Shown piece after piece: positions 1 through 9,625 of a stretch of 64,000 nt of DNA; positions within the stretch are counted from its first letter, which is position 1; the number at the start of each line of letters is the position of its first letter. Origin of the DNA: Planctomycetota bacterium (GTDB lineage Bacteria; Planctomycetota; B15-G4); NCBI GenBank assembly GCA_965248575.1, contig CBDFJQ010000002.1, positions 2,592,001 through 2,656,000 of the forward strand, read 5' to 3'. A program made the position numbers and the translations under genes. The notes under the pieces are model-generated. The model did no database searches. It had not been told where the DNA came from and saw only the letters and a program-made list of their open reading frames with translations.

Positions 1-2
1 CA

Positions 3-485
3 CCTAGTGGAGCGAACAAGCAGCCCTGGCGTTTCGTGTGTGTCCAGGACCCCGAGACCAAACGGCGCATTCGCGAAGCCGCCGAGGAGGAAGAGCGCGC
101 GTTCTACGCGGGGCGTGCCAATGAGACCTGGCTTGCCGACCTCGAACCCCTGGGCACGGACACGGACAAGAGCTTCCTGGAAGTGGCGCCGTGGTTGATC
201 GTCGTCTTCAAGCTCATCCGCGATGACGATGGTGGGCAGGTCTACTACCCCGCAGAATCCGTGGGCCTGGCAGCGGGCATGCTGTTGGCGGCGGCCCACC
301 ACGCGGGCCTGGCGACGCTCACGCACACCCCCAGCCCCATGGCCTTCCTGAGCAAGGTGCTCGAGCGGCCCGACAACGAGCGCCCCTTCTTGCTGATCCC
401 CATCGGCTACCCGGCCGAGGAATGCCTGGTGCCCAAGCTGGCCCTGACGCGCAAACCCCTGGACGAGATCATGCTCGTCCGCTGA
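3..485 (+). CDS. Nitroreductase-superfamily flavoprotein, iodotyrosine deiodinase (IYD)-like; 5'-truncated by window edge
   Basis: Frame is open from base 3: [12 protein letters not shown]...[13 protein letters not shown]...[13 protein letters not shown]...[11 protein letters not shown]...[16 protein letters not shown], typical of the IYD subgroup. Confidence 0.85.
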   Translation, partial: PSGANKQPWRFVCVQDPETKRRIREAAEEEERAFYAGRANETWLADLEPLGTDTDKSFLEVAPWLIVVFKLIRDDDGGQVYYPAESVGLAAGMLLAAAHHAGLATLTHTPSPMAFLSKVLERPDNERPFLLIPIGYPAEECLVPKLALTRKPLDEIMLVR

Positions 486-490
486 GGCCT

Positions 491-1957
491 TCAGGCACCG
501 GCGCCCTGCTCCTCTTCGGGCCCCGCGTCCTTCTCAGGGCCCTGCTCGGTGTCCAGGTCCGCTTCACTGCTCTCGGCCGTCAGCTGGAACACGGTCGGCG
601 TGGGTTCGCGCACACCCGATTCGATCACCGGCGGCGAGGACACGCGCTTGACCGCCTCCGGCAGCCCGAGTTCCTCCAACTTGCGGCCCTCCACCAGCAC
701 GCGACTCTCGAAGCTGCCCATGGCCTTGTTGTAGGCCGAGACCGCCCCGTCCAACCCCCTGCCGACGCGGATCAGATGGTCCGTGAAGACCGTCACGCGC
801 TTGTAGAACTCCTGGGCGACATTCATGGCCTCTTGGGCGTTGAGCGCGATCTTCTCCTGGCTCCAGTAAATCCCCACCGTGCGCAACAGGGCGACCAGCG
901 TGACCGGCGTCGCGATCAACACCCGATCGCGCAGGGCCTCCACCTGCAGATCCGGGTTCTTCTGGAAGGCCGCCGCGAGCACCGGCTCGGCAGGCACGAA
1001 CATGACCACGTAGTCGATCTTCGCGTCCAGGCTCTTGGCGTAGTCCTTCTTGGCCAACTCGCGCACCCGAGTCCGCAAGGCGACCGCGTGCTGGGCCAGG
1101 AAGCGCTCCCGTTCGGCGGGGTCACTCGTCTCGGAGGCCTTCTGATAGTCCGTGAACGGCGCCTTGGCATCGACCGGGATGGCCCCACCCCCTGGTAGCT
1201 TCACCACCATGTCGGGGCGCTGCCCGTCTGCATCCGTGACTTGAAGGCTGAAGTCGCAGTGCTCCGTCATGCCTGCCAGCTCGGCCACGTTGCGCAGGGC
1301 CATCTCGCCCCAACGACCTCGGGCCTGGCTACTGCCGCGCAAGGCCTCCGTCAGGGCATGGCTACTCTTGTGCAGCTCTGCCGTCGTGCTGGCCAGCTGG
1401 GTGAACTGTGCCTGGATCTCACCGTAGGCCTTCTCGCGTTTGGCCTCCAGCTGCTGCGTGCTCTCACCCACCGCCTTGAGCTTCTCGGTCAGCGGCTTGA
1501 CCAACGCCTCGATCGCCTGCTTGCGCTGCTCCAACTCCGCAGCGCCATGCTTCTCGCTGATCTCCAGCTTCGACTTGGCCAGCTCCAGGAATTGCGTCGT
1601 GCTCTCCTGCAGCACCTTGGCCGCGGTGGAGCGGAAGGTCTCGACGGTGCGTTTCTCGGCTTCGAGATGGGCGTTCTCCTGTTCCTCCCGGCGCGCCTCG
1701 GCCGCAGCCAACTCGGCGCGCGCCAGGGCTGACTCCTCTTGTACCCGCTTCAATTCCGTTTGCAGGGCCTCCAACTCGACACGGGCTTGGCCGCGTGTCT
1801 CTTCCCGCTCCCGGCGCAGCTCGTCCCGCTCCCGGGCGGCGGCTTCCAACTCCCGCTGGCCTGCCGCCTTGGCATCCGCGGCACCCTTGCGCCCCAACCA
1901 GAGCCCGAGGGCGAGGCCGGCAACCAAGGCGAGAAGAGGAATCAGGGCATCGGGCAT
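491..1957 (-). CDS. rmuC: DNA recombination protein RmuC
   Basis: N-terminal TM anchor, long coiled coil, [42 protein letters not shown]. Start set at ATG 1957 (MPDALIPLL). Confidence 0.9.
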   Translation of the reverse strand: MPDALIPLLALVAGLALGLWLGRKGAADAKAAGQRELEAAARERDELRREREETRGQARVELEALQTELKRVQEESALARAELAAAEARREEQENAHLEAEKRTVETFRSTAAKVLQESTTQFLELAKSKLEISEKHGAAELEQRKQAIEALVKPLTEKLKAVGESTQQLEAKREKAYGEIQAQFTQLASTTAELHKSSHALTEALRGSSQARGRWGEMALRNVAELAGMTEHCDFSLQVTDADGQRPDMVVKLPGGGAIPVDAKAPFTDYQKASETSDPAERERFLAQHAVALRTRVRELAKKDYAKSLDAKIDYVVMFVPAEPVLAAAFQKNPDLQVEALRDRVLIATPVTLVALLRTVGIYWSQEKIALNAQEAMNVAQEFYKRVTVFTDHLIRVGRGLDGAVSAYNKAMGSFESRVLVEGRKLEELGLPEAVKRVSSPPVIESGVREPTPTVFQLTAESSEADLDTEQGPEKDAGPEEEQGAGA

Positions 1958-2004
1958 GGCGAACACTCGGACCGCGGGTGCGGGTGGGTCGGGGCAGGCG
2001 GCCG

Positions 2005-2014
2005 AGGATACCCT
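2005..2014. promoter_or_regulatory. Overlapping divergent -10-like hexamers (TACCCT on +, TATCCT on -) between rmuC and yjbQ
   Basis: TANNNT on both strands in the middle of a 106-bp divergent intergenic region. Confidence 0.35.
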
Positions 2015-2063
2015 GGCGGGCACCTCGCAGCCCCCTCCAGCCTCCTCACCCACGAGCGCCCCC

Positions 2064-2483
2064 ATGAAGTCCCATCGCCAGGAACTCTGGTTCGAAGTCC
2101 CCCAACGCCGAGGCTTCCTCAACATCACGCAGCACGTTCAGCAAGCGCTGAGCGACTCAGGTATCCGCGAGGGGCTGTGCTTGGTGAATGCCATGCACAT
2201 CACCGCCAGCGTCTTCATCAACGATGACGAAGCCGGGCTCCACCAGGACTACGAGCGCTGGCTCGAGCAACTGGCGCCTCACGAACCCCTCTCCCTCTAC
2301 AAGCACAACAACACCGGTGAGGACAACGGAGATGCCCACTGCAAGCGCCAGATCATGGGTCGCGAAGTGGTCGTGGCCGTCACGGACGGGCAGTTGGACT
2401 TCGGCACCTGGGAGCAGATCTTCTACGGCGAGTTCGACGGACGGCGCCGCAAGCGCGTGCTCGTGAAGATCATCGGGGAGTAG
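2064..2483 (+). CDS. yjbQ: YjbQ/UPF0047 family protein (secondary thiamine-phosphate synthase)
   Basis: [42 protein letters not shown] motifs. Start ATG 2064. Confidence 0.9.
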   Translation: MKSHRQELWFEVPQRRGFLNITQHVQQALSDSGIREGLCLVNAMHITASVFINDDEAGLHQDYERWLEQLAPHEPLSLYKHNNTGEDNGDAHCKRQIMGREVVVAVTDGQLDFGTWEQIFYGEFDGRRRKRVLVKIIGE

Positions 2484-3759
2484 GCTTTGGCGATCCGGGG
2501 GGAGCGCCCGGCCCTGATCCAGAGGGGACGTCGGCCGAAGATCGCAGGGCAGCCAGGGCGGTCAGGAACATCAGGACCGCCGCCAGGACGAAGAGCGGGC
2601 CGAGGCCGAACTTGGCTCCCAGCATGCCGCCGCCCAAGGGCGCCGTGGCCCGGGCCAGGACGACCACCGAGAAGGTCACGCCCTGGGCTGCGCCGCGCTT
2701 CTCCACCGGGCTGTTGCGTGCGGCAGCACTGAAAGCCGCCGGCACCACACCCGCAACGAACGCGCCGCTCGCAAAGCGCAAGAGGGCCAGCAGGGTGACG
2801 TCGTCCACGAAGCGCTGGCCCAGATAGGCCGCCCCTGCACCTGCGGCGCACACCGCCAGCAGACGGCGGTTCCCCAGGCGATCCCCGATGCGCCCCCAGA
2901 CGGGCGTGAACATCAGGGTCGCCAGGGCCTGAGCGCCGAACACCAGTCCTGTCACCGTCTCCAACCGCTCCGGTTCGAAGCCGGTGCGGGTCTCGACCCA
3001 GAGCGCCAGCAAGGGGTCGAGCAGGGACGCCCCGAAGCGCACGGCGAAGGCCCCCGCCAGCACGATGCGCAGCACAGGGTGGCCAAGGAAGGCGCCCACG
3101 TCGCGCATGACGGCTCGCCACATCGCCAACGCCTCGGGCTTGGAGGCCGCGGCCGACGGATCGTCCTCGGGCTCCTTCACGAACAGCGCCACGAGCAACA
3201 GGGCCACGACGCTCAGGGCTGAGCACACCACGAAGACCGCCCGATGCCCGAACTGGTCGGCGATGGTCCCACCCATGAGCGGTCCCACGATGCCTCCCGC
3301 CATGAGCGCAGTCTGCAGGTTCGCGGACACGCGCCCCTGCCGTGCGGCGGGCGTGCTGACCGAGACGAGCGTCATGGCTGGGGCGATGAAGCCCGAGAAC
3401 ACTCCCTGCCCCAACCGCAAGGCCAGCATGGGCCACGGCCCGCTCACAAAACCCATGGCACCCACGAAGATGACGATGGCCATGTTCGCGCGCAGGATCA
3501 TCAACTTGCGCCCGTAGCGATCGCCCAGGGCACCCCAGAAGGGCCCCATCAAGGCCGCCGGCAAGGGCGCCGCCGCGACGATGATGCCCGACCAGATGCG
3601 CACCGCCTCGTCCCCCACCACCCCGATCTCTTCCATGTAGAGCGGGATCAGCGGCAGGAAGCCCATCATCCCCACGGAGGTGATGAAGTTGCTGAACCAG
3701 ATGAGGATGAAGTTGCGCCGCGCGTAGGGCGGCACATCGTCGCGGGGACTCTCGGTCAC
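2470..3759 (-). CDS. MFS transporter, DHA1/MdtG-like
   Basis: About 12 hydrophobic segments; motif A twice ([20 protein letters not shown]). Confidence 0.88.
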   Translation of the reverse strand: MTESPRDDVPPYARRNFILIWFSNFITSVGMMGFLPLIPLYMEEIGVVGDEAVRIWSGIIVAAAPLPAALMGPFWGALGDRYGRKLMILRANMAIVIFVGAMGFVSGPWPMLALRLGQGVFSGFIAPAMTLVSVSTPAARQGRVSANLQTALMAGGIVGPLMGGTIADQFGHRAVFVVCSALSVVALLLVALFVKEPEDDPSAAASKPEALAMWRAVMRDVGAFLGHPVLRIVLAGAFAVRFGASLLDPLLALWVETRTGFEPERLETVTGLVFGAQALATLMFTPVWGRIGDRLGNRRLLAVCAAGAGAAYLGQRFVDDVTLLALLRFASGAFVAGVVPAAFSAAARNSPVEKRGAAQGVTFSVVVLARATAPLGGGMLGAKFGLGPLFVLAAVLMFLTALAALRSSADVPSGSGPGAPPGSPKPTPR

Positions 3760-3761
3760 GC

Positions 3762-6074
3762 CTACCTCACCGACAGCGTCATGACATTGGAGAGCCCACC
3801 CACCGTCAGTCCAGGGTTCAACTCCACGGCGACCAGGTCCACCGTGGTACCGGACAGGGACGCCGGCAAGTTGACGCCGATGGACGCCTCCCCGCCCGCG
3901 TAGATGAGCGGCAACTTGGTGATGAGCAACGGGCTGGCCAGCGGCACGCCATTCACGGACAGCGCGGCCACCACAGCGCCCAGGCCACTTCCCTGCACGC
4001 GCAACTCCAGCGCGCCGCCTGCCACGGGTGAGGCGGAATCCGCCGTCAATGCCAGCACGTCGGGCCCGAAGGTCTCCACCAGCAGCAGGTCACCGCCGGC
4101 GCCTGCCTCATGGATGCCGAGCACGGCGTTGCGCACTGCGGGCGGCTTGTCGCTCGTGAACCCGAAGTTGTAGAGGGTCCCGAACTCCAACGGCCCCGCG
4201 ACCTTGTGCCCTGCCAGGAACACGCCTGGAAAAGCCCAGGCCAGGTTGCCCTGGGCTTTGCTCACCACCCAGTCGTTGGCCGCTTGGTCGTCGATGTCGT
4301 GAAAGCTCGCGCCCATGGCCAAGCCCGTGGAGATGGGCAGCGAGAAGGAGTCGACCTTGCGATCGAGGGTCCAGTTGAACAACGCGTACTCGTAGCGCCA
4401 GAGCCCGCCCGCAACGGGTGTCACCTGCACGGCGAGGATCACGTTGCCATCGTCGGGAGCCAGGCCCGCCAAGCTGCGCTTCTGTCCCCAACGCTGGATC
4501 GCCGGGCCCTGGACGAGCGGGTTTCCGTCCGACACGAGCGGTGTCGTGGCGAAGAAGCCCTCCCCATCCACCACGAACTCAGCCCGGCGCGAACCGATGT
4601 TGTTCTGCGGATTCACGTCGTCCCGCACCATGTAGAAGGCCTCGTACCAATAGCTGGCACCGGGCGTGGCAAGATCGGCGTCGAAGGCCTCGAGCCGATG
4701 GTCGACGGGGCTCAGGGTGCTGCCGTCCTCGTCTCGCAGGCAGTCCACCGGCACACCATCGAAGAAGGAGCCGGAGCACTCCCACTCCGCCGTGTAGGGG
4801 TTCCACTCGTCGCGTGGCCCCAGCCAGAAGCGGTCGGCGTTGTTGCCCGAGCCGTAGGTGTCCGAGCAGCCCAGTCCCAGCGCCGTCCCGCCCCCGGGGC
4901 TGAGGCAAGGCGTGCACGAGCTGTTGCTCTGGGCAAAGAAGCCGTGCTTGATCCAGGAAAGACCTACCTGTTCAAAGCGGCCGTTCCACTCGCGGTAGAG
5001 CGCCATCCCGATCCCCGGGTGCTCCGGGTCCATGGCCTTCAGCCACGGAATGTCGACGTCCCCGGCGTTGCACGAAATGGTCGTGAGGGACAGCCCCGAA
5101 CGACCCTCGGGGAAGTCCCCCTCATGGCCCAGAACCACGAGCGACTGCAAGCCGCCCAGCTCCATGTCGATGCCGCTGACTCCCACAGCTGCAGCCTGCT
5201 GGGCAGCCTCGCTGGGCGCCTCCGGGGTGGGGGCAAACCGGGTGGGCGCAAACGGGGTGAGCACGTTCTGGCCCGGCGGCAAACTCCACTCACCCTCCCA
5301 CTCATCCAGCGTGGCCTTGATGCGCCCGTAGCCCAGCACGAGTCCAGCCAGCTCAGGCCGCCCGAAGTGCTGCGCCAGTTGCTCCGTGAGCACGAGGTCC
5401 CAAGCGCGGATGCGTAGCTCGAGGGCAGCATGCCCGACGCCTGCGCCCGGTGCAGGCCAGCCATCGGGCCCGGTCCCATACGGATCGGGGGCCGCGAAGT
5501 AGACCTTCGCGTAGCAGAGCCGGAAAGCGTCTCGCGGGCCGATGCCGCCGCTGGGAGCCCCCGCTTCCGTCAGGTAGAGCACGTCCGGGTCCGGTTCGCC
5601 GCCCGGTCCGTCGCTGCGGGCCCAACGGGCGTGGATCTCGAAGTCGTGAAAGTCCACCACCCGTCCGCTGGCGGGCGCCACCAGGCTGAAGCCCCCGTCC
5701 AGGCGCACGGCACCACCGAGCACCCCGTAGGGTTGGGCAACCCCCAGGTCGTTGCGCAGTACCAACAGGTCCGAGTCCTCACGGATCTGGAAGCCATAGG
5801 CCGTTCCGCCAGCCTCCTCCACCAAGGGCTCGGGCACCTCTGCCGTCTGCACCAAAGCACGGAGCTCGAGCCCAGCCTGGGCCATGGCATCGGGATAGAG
5901 GTGCAGGGCGAGTCGACCACCGTTCGTGCGCCAAGGCGTGAGCTGGCCCAGGTCCGGAGGCAGGGCGGGGCCCTGCTGCGGAGACGCCGACGCGTCTCCG
6001 ACGCAGATCAGGAAGGACAAGCCCAGCAGAGCGGCCACCTGGCCAGCTCGTTGACAGCGCACGTGAAAGGACAT
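3762..6074 (-). CDS. Large secreted Cys-containing hypothetical protein
   Basis: Signal peptide (ASA-SP), coding-like composition, central Cys/His-rich module (SCNAG...HPGIG...SWIKHGFF...CTPC...GCSDTY). Confidence 0.75.
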   Translation of the reverse strand: MSFHVRCQRAGQVAALLGLSFLICVGDASASPQQGPALPPDLGQLTPWRTNGGRLALHLYPDAMAQAGLELRALVQTAEVPEPLVEEAGGTAYGFQIREDSDLLVLRNDLGVAQPYGVLGGAVRLDGGFSLVAPASGRVVDFHDFEIHARWARSDGPGGEPDPDVLYLTEAGAPSGGIGPRDAFRLCYAKVYFAAPDPYGTGPDGWPAPGAGVGHAALELRIRAWDLVLTEQLAQHFGRPELAGLVLGYGRIKATLDEWEGEWSLPPGQNVLTPFAPTRFAPTPEAPSEAAQQAAAVGVSGIDMELGGLQSLVVLGHEGDFPEGRSGLSLTTISCNAGDVDIPWLKAMDPEHPGIGMALYREWNGRFEQVGLSWIKHGFFAQSNSSCTPCLSPGGGTALGLGCSDTYGSGNNADRFWLGPRDEWNPYTAEWECSGSFFDGVPVDCLRDEDGSTLSPVDHRLEAFDADLATPGASYWYEAFYMVRDDVNPQNNIGSRRAEFVVDGEGFFATTPLVSDGNPLVQGPAIQRWGQKRSLAGLAPDDGNVILAVQVTPVAGGLWRYEYALFNWTLDRKVDSFSLPISTGLAMGASFHDIDDQAANDWVVSKAQGNLAWAFPGVFLAGHKVAGPLEFGTLYNFGFTSDKPPAVRNAVLGIHEAGAGGDLLLVETFGPDVLALTADSASPVAGGALELRVQGSGLGAVVAALSVNGVPLASPLLITKLPLIYAGGEASIGVNLPASLSGTTVDLVAVELNPGLTVGGLSNVMTLSVR

Positions 6075-6196
6075 CGAGGTCGCCTCTGAGAACAGCGCTC
6101 GGCGCGAGAAAGGAAGTGAGCGCCAGTGTACGGCCCGGGGCCACCCCCACGCTGCCCTTCATCGCTCCCTGCAGCCCATCTTGCCCCGGCGTCGGA

Positions 6197-6202
6197 TATG
6201 CT
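6197..6202 (+). promoter_or_regulatory. Putative -10 element TATGCT upstream of the radical SAM gene
   Basis: TANNNT hexamer about 45 nt before ATG 6247. Confidence 0.35.
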
Positions 6203-6246
6203 TTCCCCGCACGACTGTCCCGCGGCCTACGGACCTCTCCGTCCCG

Positions 6247-7692
6247 ATGAAGATCTCCATTGTCAATCCGGTCATTCCCGTCTTCCAGCGGAACTACGCC
6301 TACCGGAAAACCCGCCTCTGGCAGCCCCTCTCCACGGCCATCGTGGCGGCCTGGTTGGAAGAACAAGGGGGCTGGGAGATCCAGTTCTTGGATGCCCACG
6401 TCATGGGCTGGAGCGACGAAGAGACCGCGCGCCGCATCCGGGAGTTCGCACCCGACGTCCTCTACTACAGCTCCGAGCGCACCGATGCGTGGGAGCTGCC
6501 GATTCCCGACCTCGCCTACATCACCGACTTCTTCGAGGCGCTCGAAAAGACGGGCGACAAGCCGACGTGGGTCTTGGTGGAAGGGCCACACGGTTCCATC
6601 TACCCCGACGACATCATGCAGCGACTGCCCATGGCGGACGCCTGCCTGCGGGGCGAGACGGAGCCCGTCTCCTTTGCGGCGCTCGGCGCCTTGGCCCAGG
6701 GCGACGATCTCAGCAAAGTGAACTCCGTGAGCTGGCGCGACGAGCAAGGCGCGGTCCACCACAACCCGGACGAACCCAACCCGGTGCCCTACGCGGACTT
6801 CCCGTCTGCGGCCTGGCACCACCTGGACATGGGCCGCTACCGCGACGCCGCGGCGCCGGACACGCCCTTTGCCATGCTCGAGACCTCCCGCGGCTGCCCC
6901 ATGCCCTGCGGCTACTGCTACAAGCAGATGTTCGGCGACCGCCAGAGCAAGCGCGACCCCGAGCAGGTGCTGGACGAAGTGCAGCACGTGGTCGAGAATT
7001 ACGGCGTGCGCCGCATCATGTTCCAGGACCAGATCTTCACCCTGGACCGCAAGCACACCCGCGCCATCTGCGAAGGCCTCATCGACCGGCGCCTGGCGCC
7101 CAAGATCGAATGGCGCTGCCAGACGCGCCTGAACGGCATGACCAAGGAGCTGCTCAAGCTCATGAAGGATGCGGGCTGCGCCGAGATCTACACCGGCCTC
7201 GAGACGGGCAGCGACGACATGCAGGGCGAGATCAGCAAGCTGACCCTGGACGAGTACCTGGAGTACCGCGACTACGGCGAATCCATCGGCTTGCCCATCA
7301 GCCCCAACTTCATCTTCGGGCTGCCGGGCGAGACTTATGAAACCGCCATGGAGTCGGCGCGCTTCTATCACGAGCTGGGCTTCGCCATCGTGCCCAACGT
7401 GAACATCACCTACCCCCAGACCCGCTATCACGCCGAAGCCATCGAGCGTGAGGAGATCAGCGGCAGCACTTGGGACGAGGTCGTCATGGGTGCCGGCCTC
7501 GTGGGCACCGACATGGACAAGGCCACCATCGACAAGCTGCGCGCCAACGCGTTGCAGATGAACCGCGTGCTGCGCTGGAAGAAGCGGCTCTGGGGCCTGG
7601 CGGGCAAGCAGTACGGCAAGGGTGCCGCCGCGCGCATCCTGTCCAAGCGCCGCAAGCGGAACCCGGCTCTCAAGGTGCCGTCCATTCGCTGA
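6247..7692 (+). CDS. Cobalamin-binding radical SAM protein
   Basis: N-terminal B12-binding-like domain (QPLSTAIVAA...FLDAH...GPHGS...RGETE) plus TSRGCPMPCGYC, and GLETGS / FIFGLPGET core motifs. Confidence 0.9.
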   Translation: MKISIVNPVIPVFQRNYAYRKTRLWQPLSTAIVAAWLEEQGGWEIQFLDAHVMGWSDEETARRIREFAPDVLYYSSERTDAWELPIPDLAYITDFFEALEKTGDKPTWVLVEGPHGSIYPDDIMQRLPMADACLRGETEPVSFAALGALAQGDDLSKVNSVSWRDEQGAVHHNPDEPNPVPYADFPSAAWHHLDMGRYRDAAAPDTPFAMLETSRGCPMPCGYCYKQMFGDRQSKRDPEQVLDEVQHVVENYGVRRIMFQDQIFTLDRKHTRAICEGLIDRRLAPKIEWRCQTRLNGMTKELLKLMKDAGCAEIYTGLETGSDDMQGEISKLTLDEYLEYRDYGESIGLPISPNFIFGLPGETYETAMESARFYHELGFAIVPNVNITYPQTRYHAEAIEREEISGSTWDEVVMGAGLVGTDMDKATIDKLRANALQMNRVLRWKKRLWGLAGKQYGKGAAARILSKRRKRNPALKVPSIR

Positions 7693-7746
7693 CCGCGCCC
7701 TACGTGTGACGCCTGGGCGGCCGCGCTTGCATCGCCTCTGGGGGCG

Positions 7747-9606
7747 GTGAAGACTGGCAGCATCCCCAGGGAAGAGCACGTCTTGAGCGAGTCCGAACAC
7801 GAGCCCATCGTGGACGACACGGCCGATGTCGATGTCGAGGCCGAAGTAGCGACCGAGGGTGCGGCCGGGATCGACACTGCGGCTCCGACCGATGTCCATC
7901 TGGCAGCCGGACGCCCGCGACTCATCACCCTGCTCGGCATCCTCGCCCTGGCTCTCGGGCTGCGCGGCCTCGCCTGGCAGCGCGCGCTCATGATGATGAA
8001 CGATGGGCCGGACTTCCTTTGGCAGGCCCTGCGCTTCCTGGACGGTGAGTGGTCGGCCGCCCTCAGCCATCCCTACCACCCCCTGTTCGCTGGACTCACG
8101 GCGCTCGTCGCCGGTTTGCGCGGAGTCACCGAGCTGGGCAGCGACCCAGGCGCCGCTATCGGCCTGGGAGGGGGCACCAGCCTGGAGACGTCGGCACTCG
8201 CGGTGTCCGTGGCAGGCGGACTGCTGGTGGTCGTGGCCACCTGGGGGCTCGCCAAGTTGGCGTTCCCGAACAGCCCGCGCGTGCCCGCCTGTGCCGCTCT
8301 GGTCGCCGCTGTCGCCGCCCGCTTCGTGGCGTTCAGCTCGGATGTGCAGTCCGACGGCCTCTTCGCTGGCCTGAGTCTCGCGGCCGTCTGGGCCCTGGTC
8401 TCAGCCGCGCAGCGAGGAGCCTGCGGACGACGGCTGGCGGCGGCCGGGCTGCTCACGGGCCTCGCGTATCTCACACGCCCTGAAGGCCTGTTTGTCTGCT
8501 TCGCCCTGGTTCTGTGGCTCGTCGCACAACCGGGCGCGCTCAGATCCCGCGTGCGCGGCGTCCTGCTCTTCACGGGCGGCGCGCTGCTCTTGGTGCTGCC
8601 CTACGTCGTCGCGCTGCATCAGGTCACAGGCGTCTGGGGCCTCTCGCTCAAGCCTTCGCTGCAGTTCGCCGGCCTGAGCGACTCCACGCAGATCCAACCG
8701 GCGCCGGCGGGCTCGCCCATGTCCTGGGCCTATGTGCCCACGGTCCTCGGCGAACGTCGCGCGCGGAAGGCCGCCGAAGAGCTGCCTCCTCGCCAGGGCT
8801 CGCTGCAGGGCACCCTTAACAACGGCACCACGTGGCTTCCCATGCCGGGGCTCTCGCTACTCGCACTCCCGCCCCTCGCGGCGAAGGCCGATTGGGGCCG
8901 CGCCCTCAACGTGACCCTCAAGGGCTACGTGTCGGCCTTGCGCGGCGAACTTGTTCTGCTGGCGCTGCTCGGCATCGTCCCTCTGTTGCGACAGCGTCGA
9001 TCCCTGGCCATGGGCCTGCTCGCCATGCAGCTGGGCTGGTTGGCCGTCAGCTGCTGGCACGTACGTACGAGCGACTACATCACCAACCGGCACTTCCTCA
9101 TGGCGCACGCGCTGCTCTTGCCCATCGCGGGCGCGGGGCTTCTGAGCCTCTGGACCGCCGGGAAGAGCGCAGCGGCTCGCCCCTGGCTGCGCAACACCCT
9201 GCGCACCCTGGCCGTCCTGTGTCTCGTCGTCAGCGCACTAGCGGGGACGGCGCCGCGGCGCGACGAGAATGGCCCGCGCTTGGAAGCCCTGGCCTGGGTC
9301 AGCAAGCACACCTCCGTCGAGCAGTCCTTCGCCACCCATCGGCATCGGGATGGTTGGTACGCGCACCGCGTGGCCATCACCACGCGCATGCCCGTCAAGG
9401 ACCGACTCTTCGCCCGACGCGTCCAGGAGCAGAACGTCCGCTATCTCGTCTTCGACGAGGACAAGCTGCTGGAGCACCAACCGCACTGGATCGAGCAGGG
9501 CCTGGTGAGCCTGGTGCAGAGTTTCGAGGGTGAGGGCGACACGGTCCTGGTCCTGGAGCCTCACTTTGGCGACCTCGTGCCGCCCGCCGCCCAGACCGAC
9601 AGGTAG
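7747..9606 (+). CDS. ArnT/PMT-like (GT-C fold) membrane glycosyltransferase
   Basis: Polytopic; NDGPDF after TM1, YHPLF, QSDGLF, LAYLTRPEG, RHFL. Start may be TTG 7783. Confidence 0.75.
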   Translation: MKTGSIPREEHVLSESEHEPIVDDTADVDVEAEVATEGAAGIDTAAPTDVHLAAGRPRLITLLGILALALGLRGLAWQRALMMMNDGPDFLWQALRFLDGEWSAALSHPYHPLFAGLTALVAGLRGVTELGSDPGAAIGLGGGTSLETSALAVSVAGGLLVVVATWGLAKLAFPNSPRVPACAALVAAVAARFVAFSSDVQSDGLFAGLSLAAVWALVSAAQRGACGRRLAAAGLLTGLAYLTRPEGLFVCFALVLWLVAQPGALRSRVRGVLLFTGGALLLVLPYVVALHQVTGVWGLSLKPSLQFAGLSDSTQIQPAPAGSPMSWAYVPTVLGERRARKAAEELPPRQGSLQGTLNNGTTWLPMPGLSLLALPPLAAKADWGRALNVTLKGYVSALRGELVLLALLGIVPLLRQRRSLAMGLLAMQLGWLAVSCWHVRTSDYITNRHFLMAHALLLPIAGAGLLSLWTAGKSAAARPWLRNTLRTLAVLCLVVSALAGTAPRRDENGPRLEALAWVSKHTSVEQSFATHRHRDGWYAHRVAITTRMPVKDRLFARRVQEQNVRYLVFDEDKLLEHQPHWIEQGLVSLVQSFEGEGDTVLVLEPHFGDLVPPAAQTDR

Positions 9607-9625
9607 CGAAGCCCTCGAGTCCTGG

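Noticed and set aside
5779..8079. 766-aa minus-strand ORF
   Set aside because: Antisense shadow of the B12 radical SAM gene. It has no motifs, and long shadow frames are expected at this GC content.
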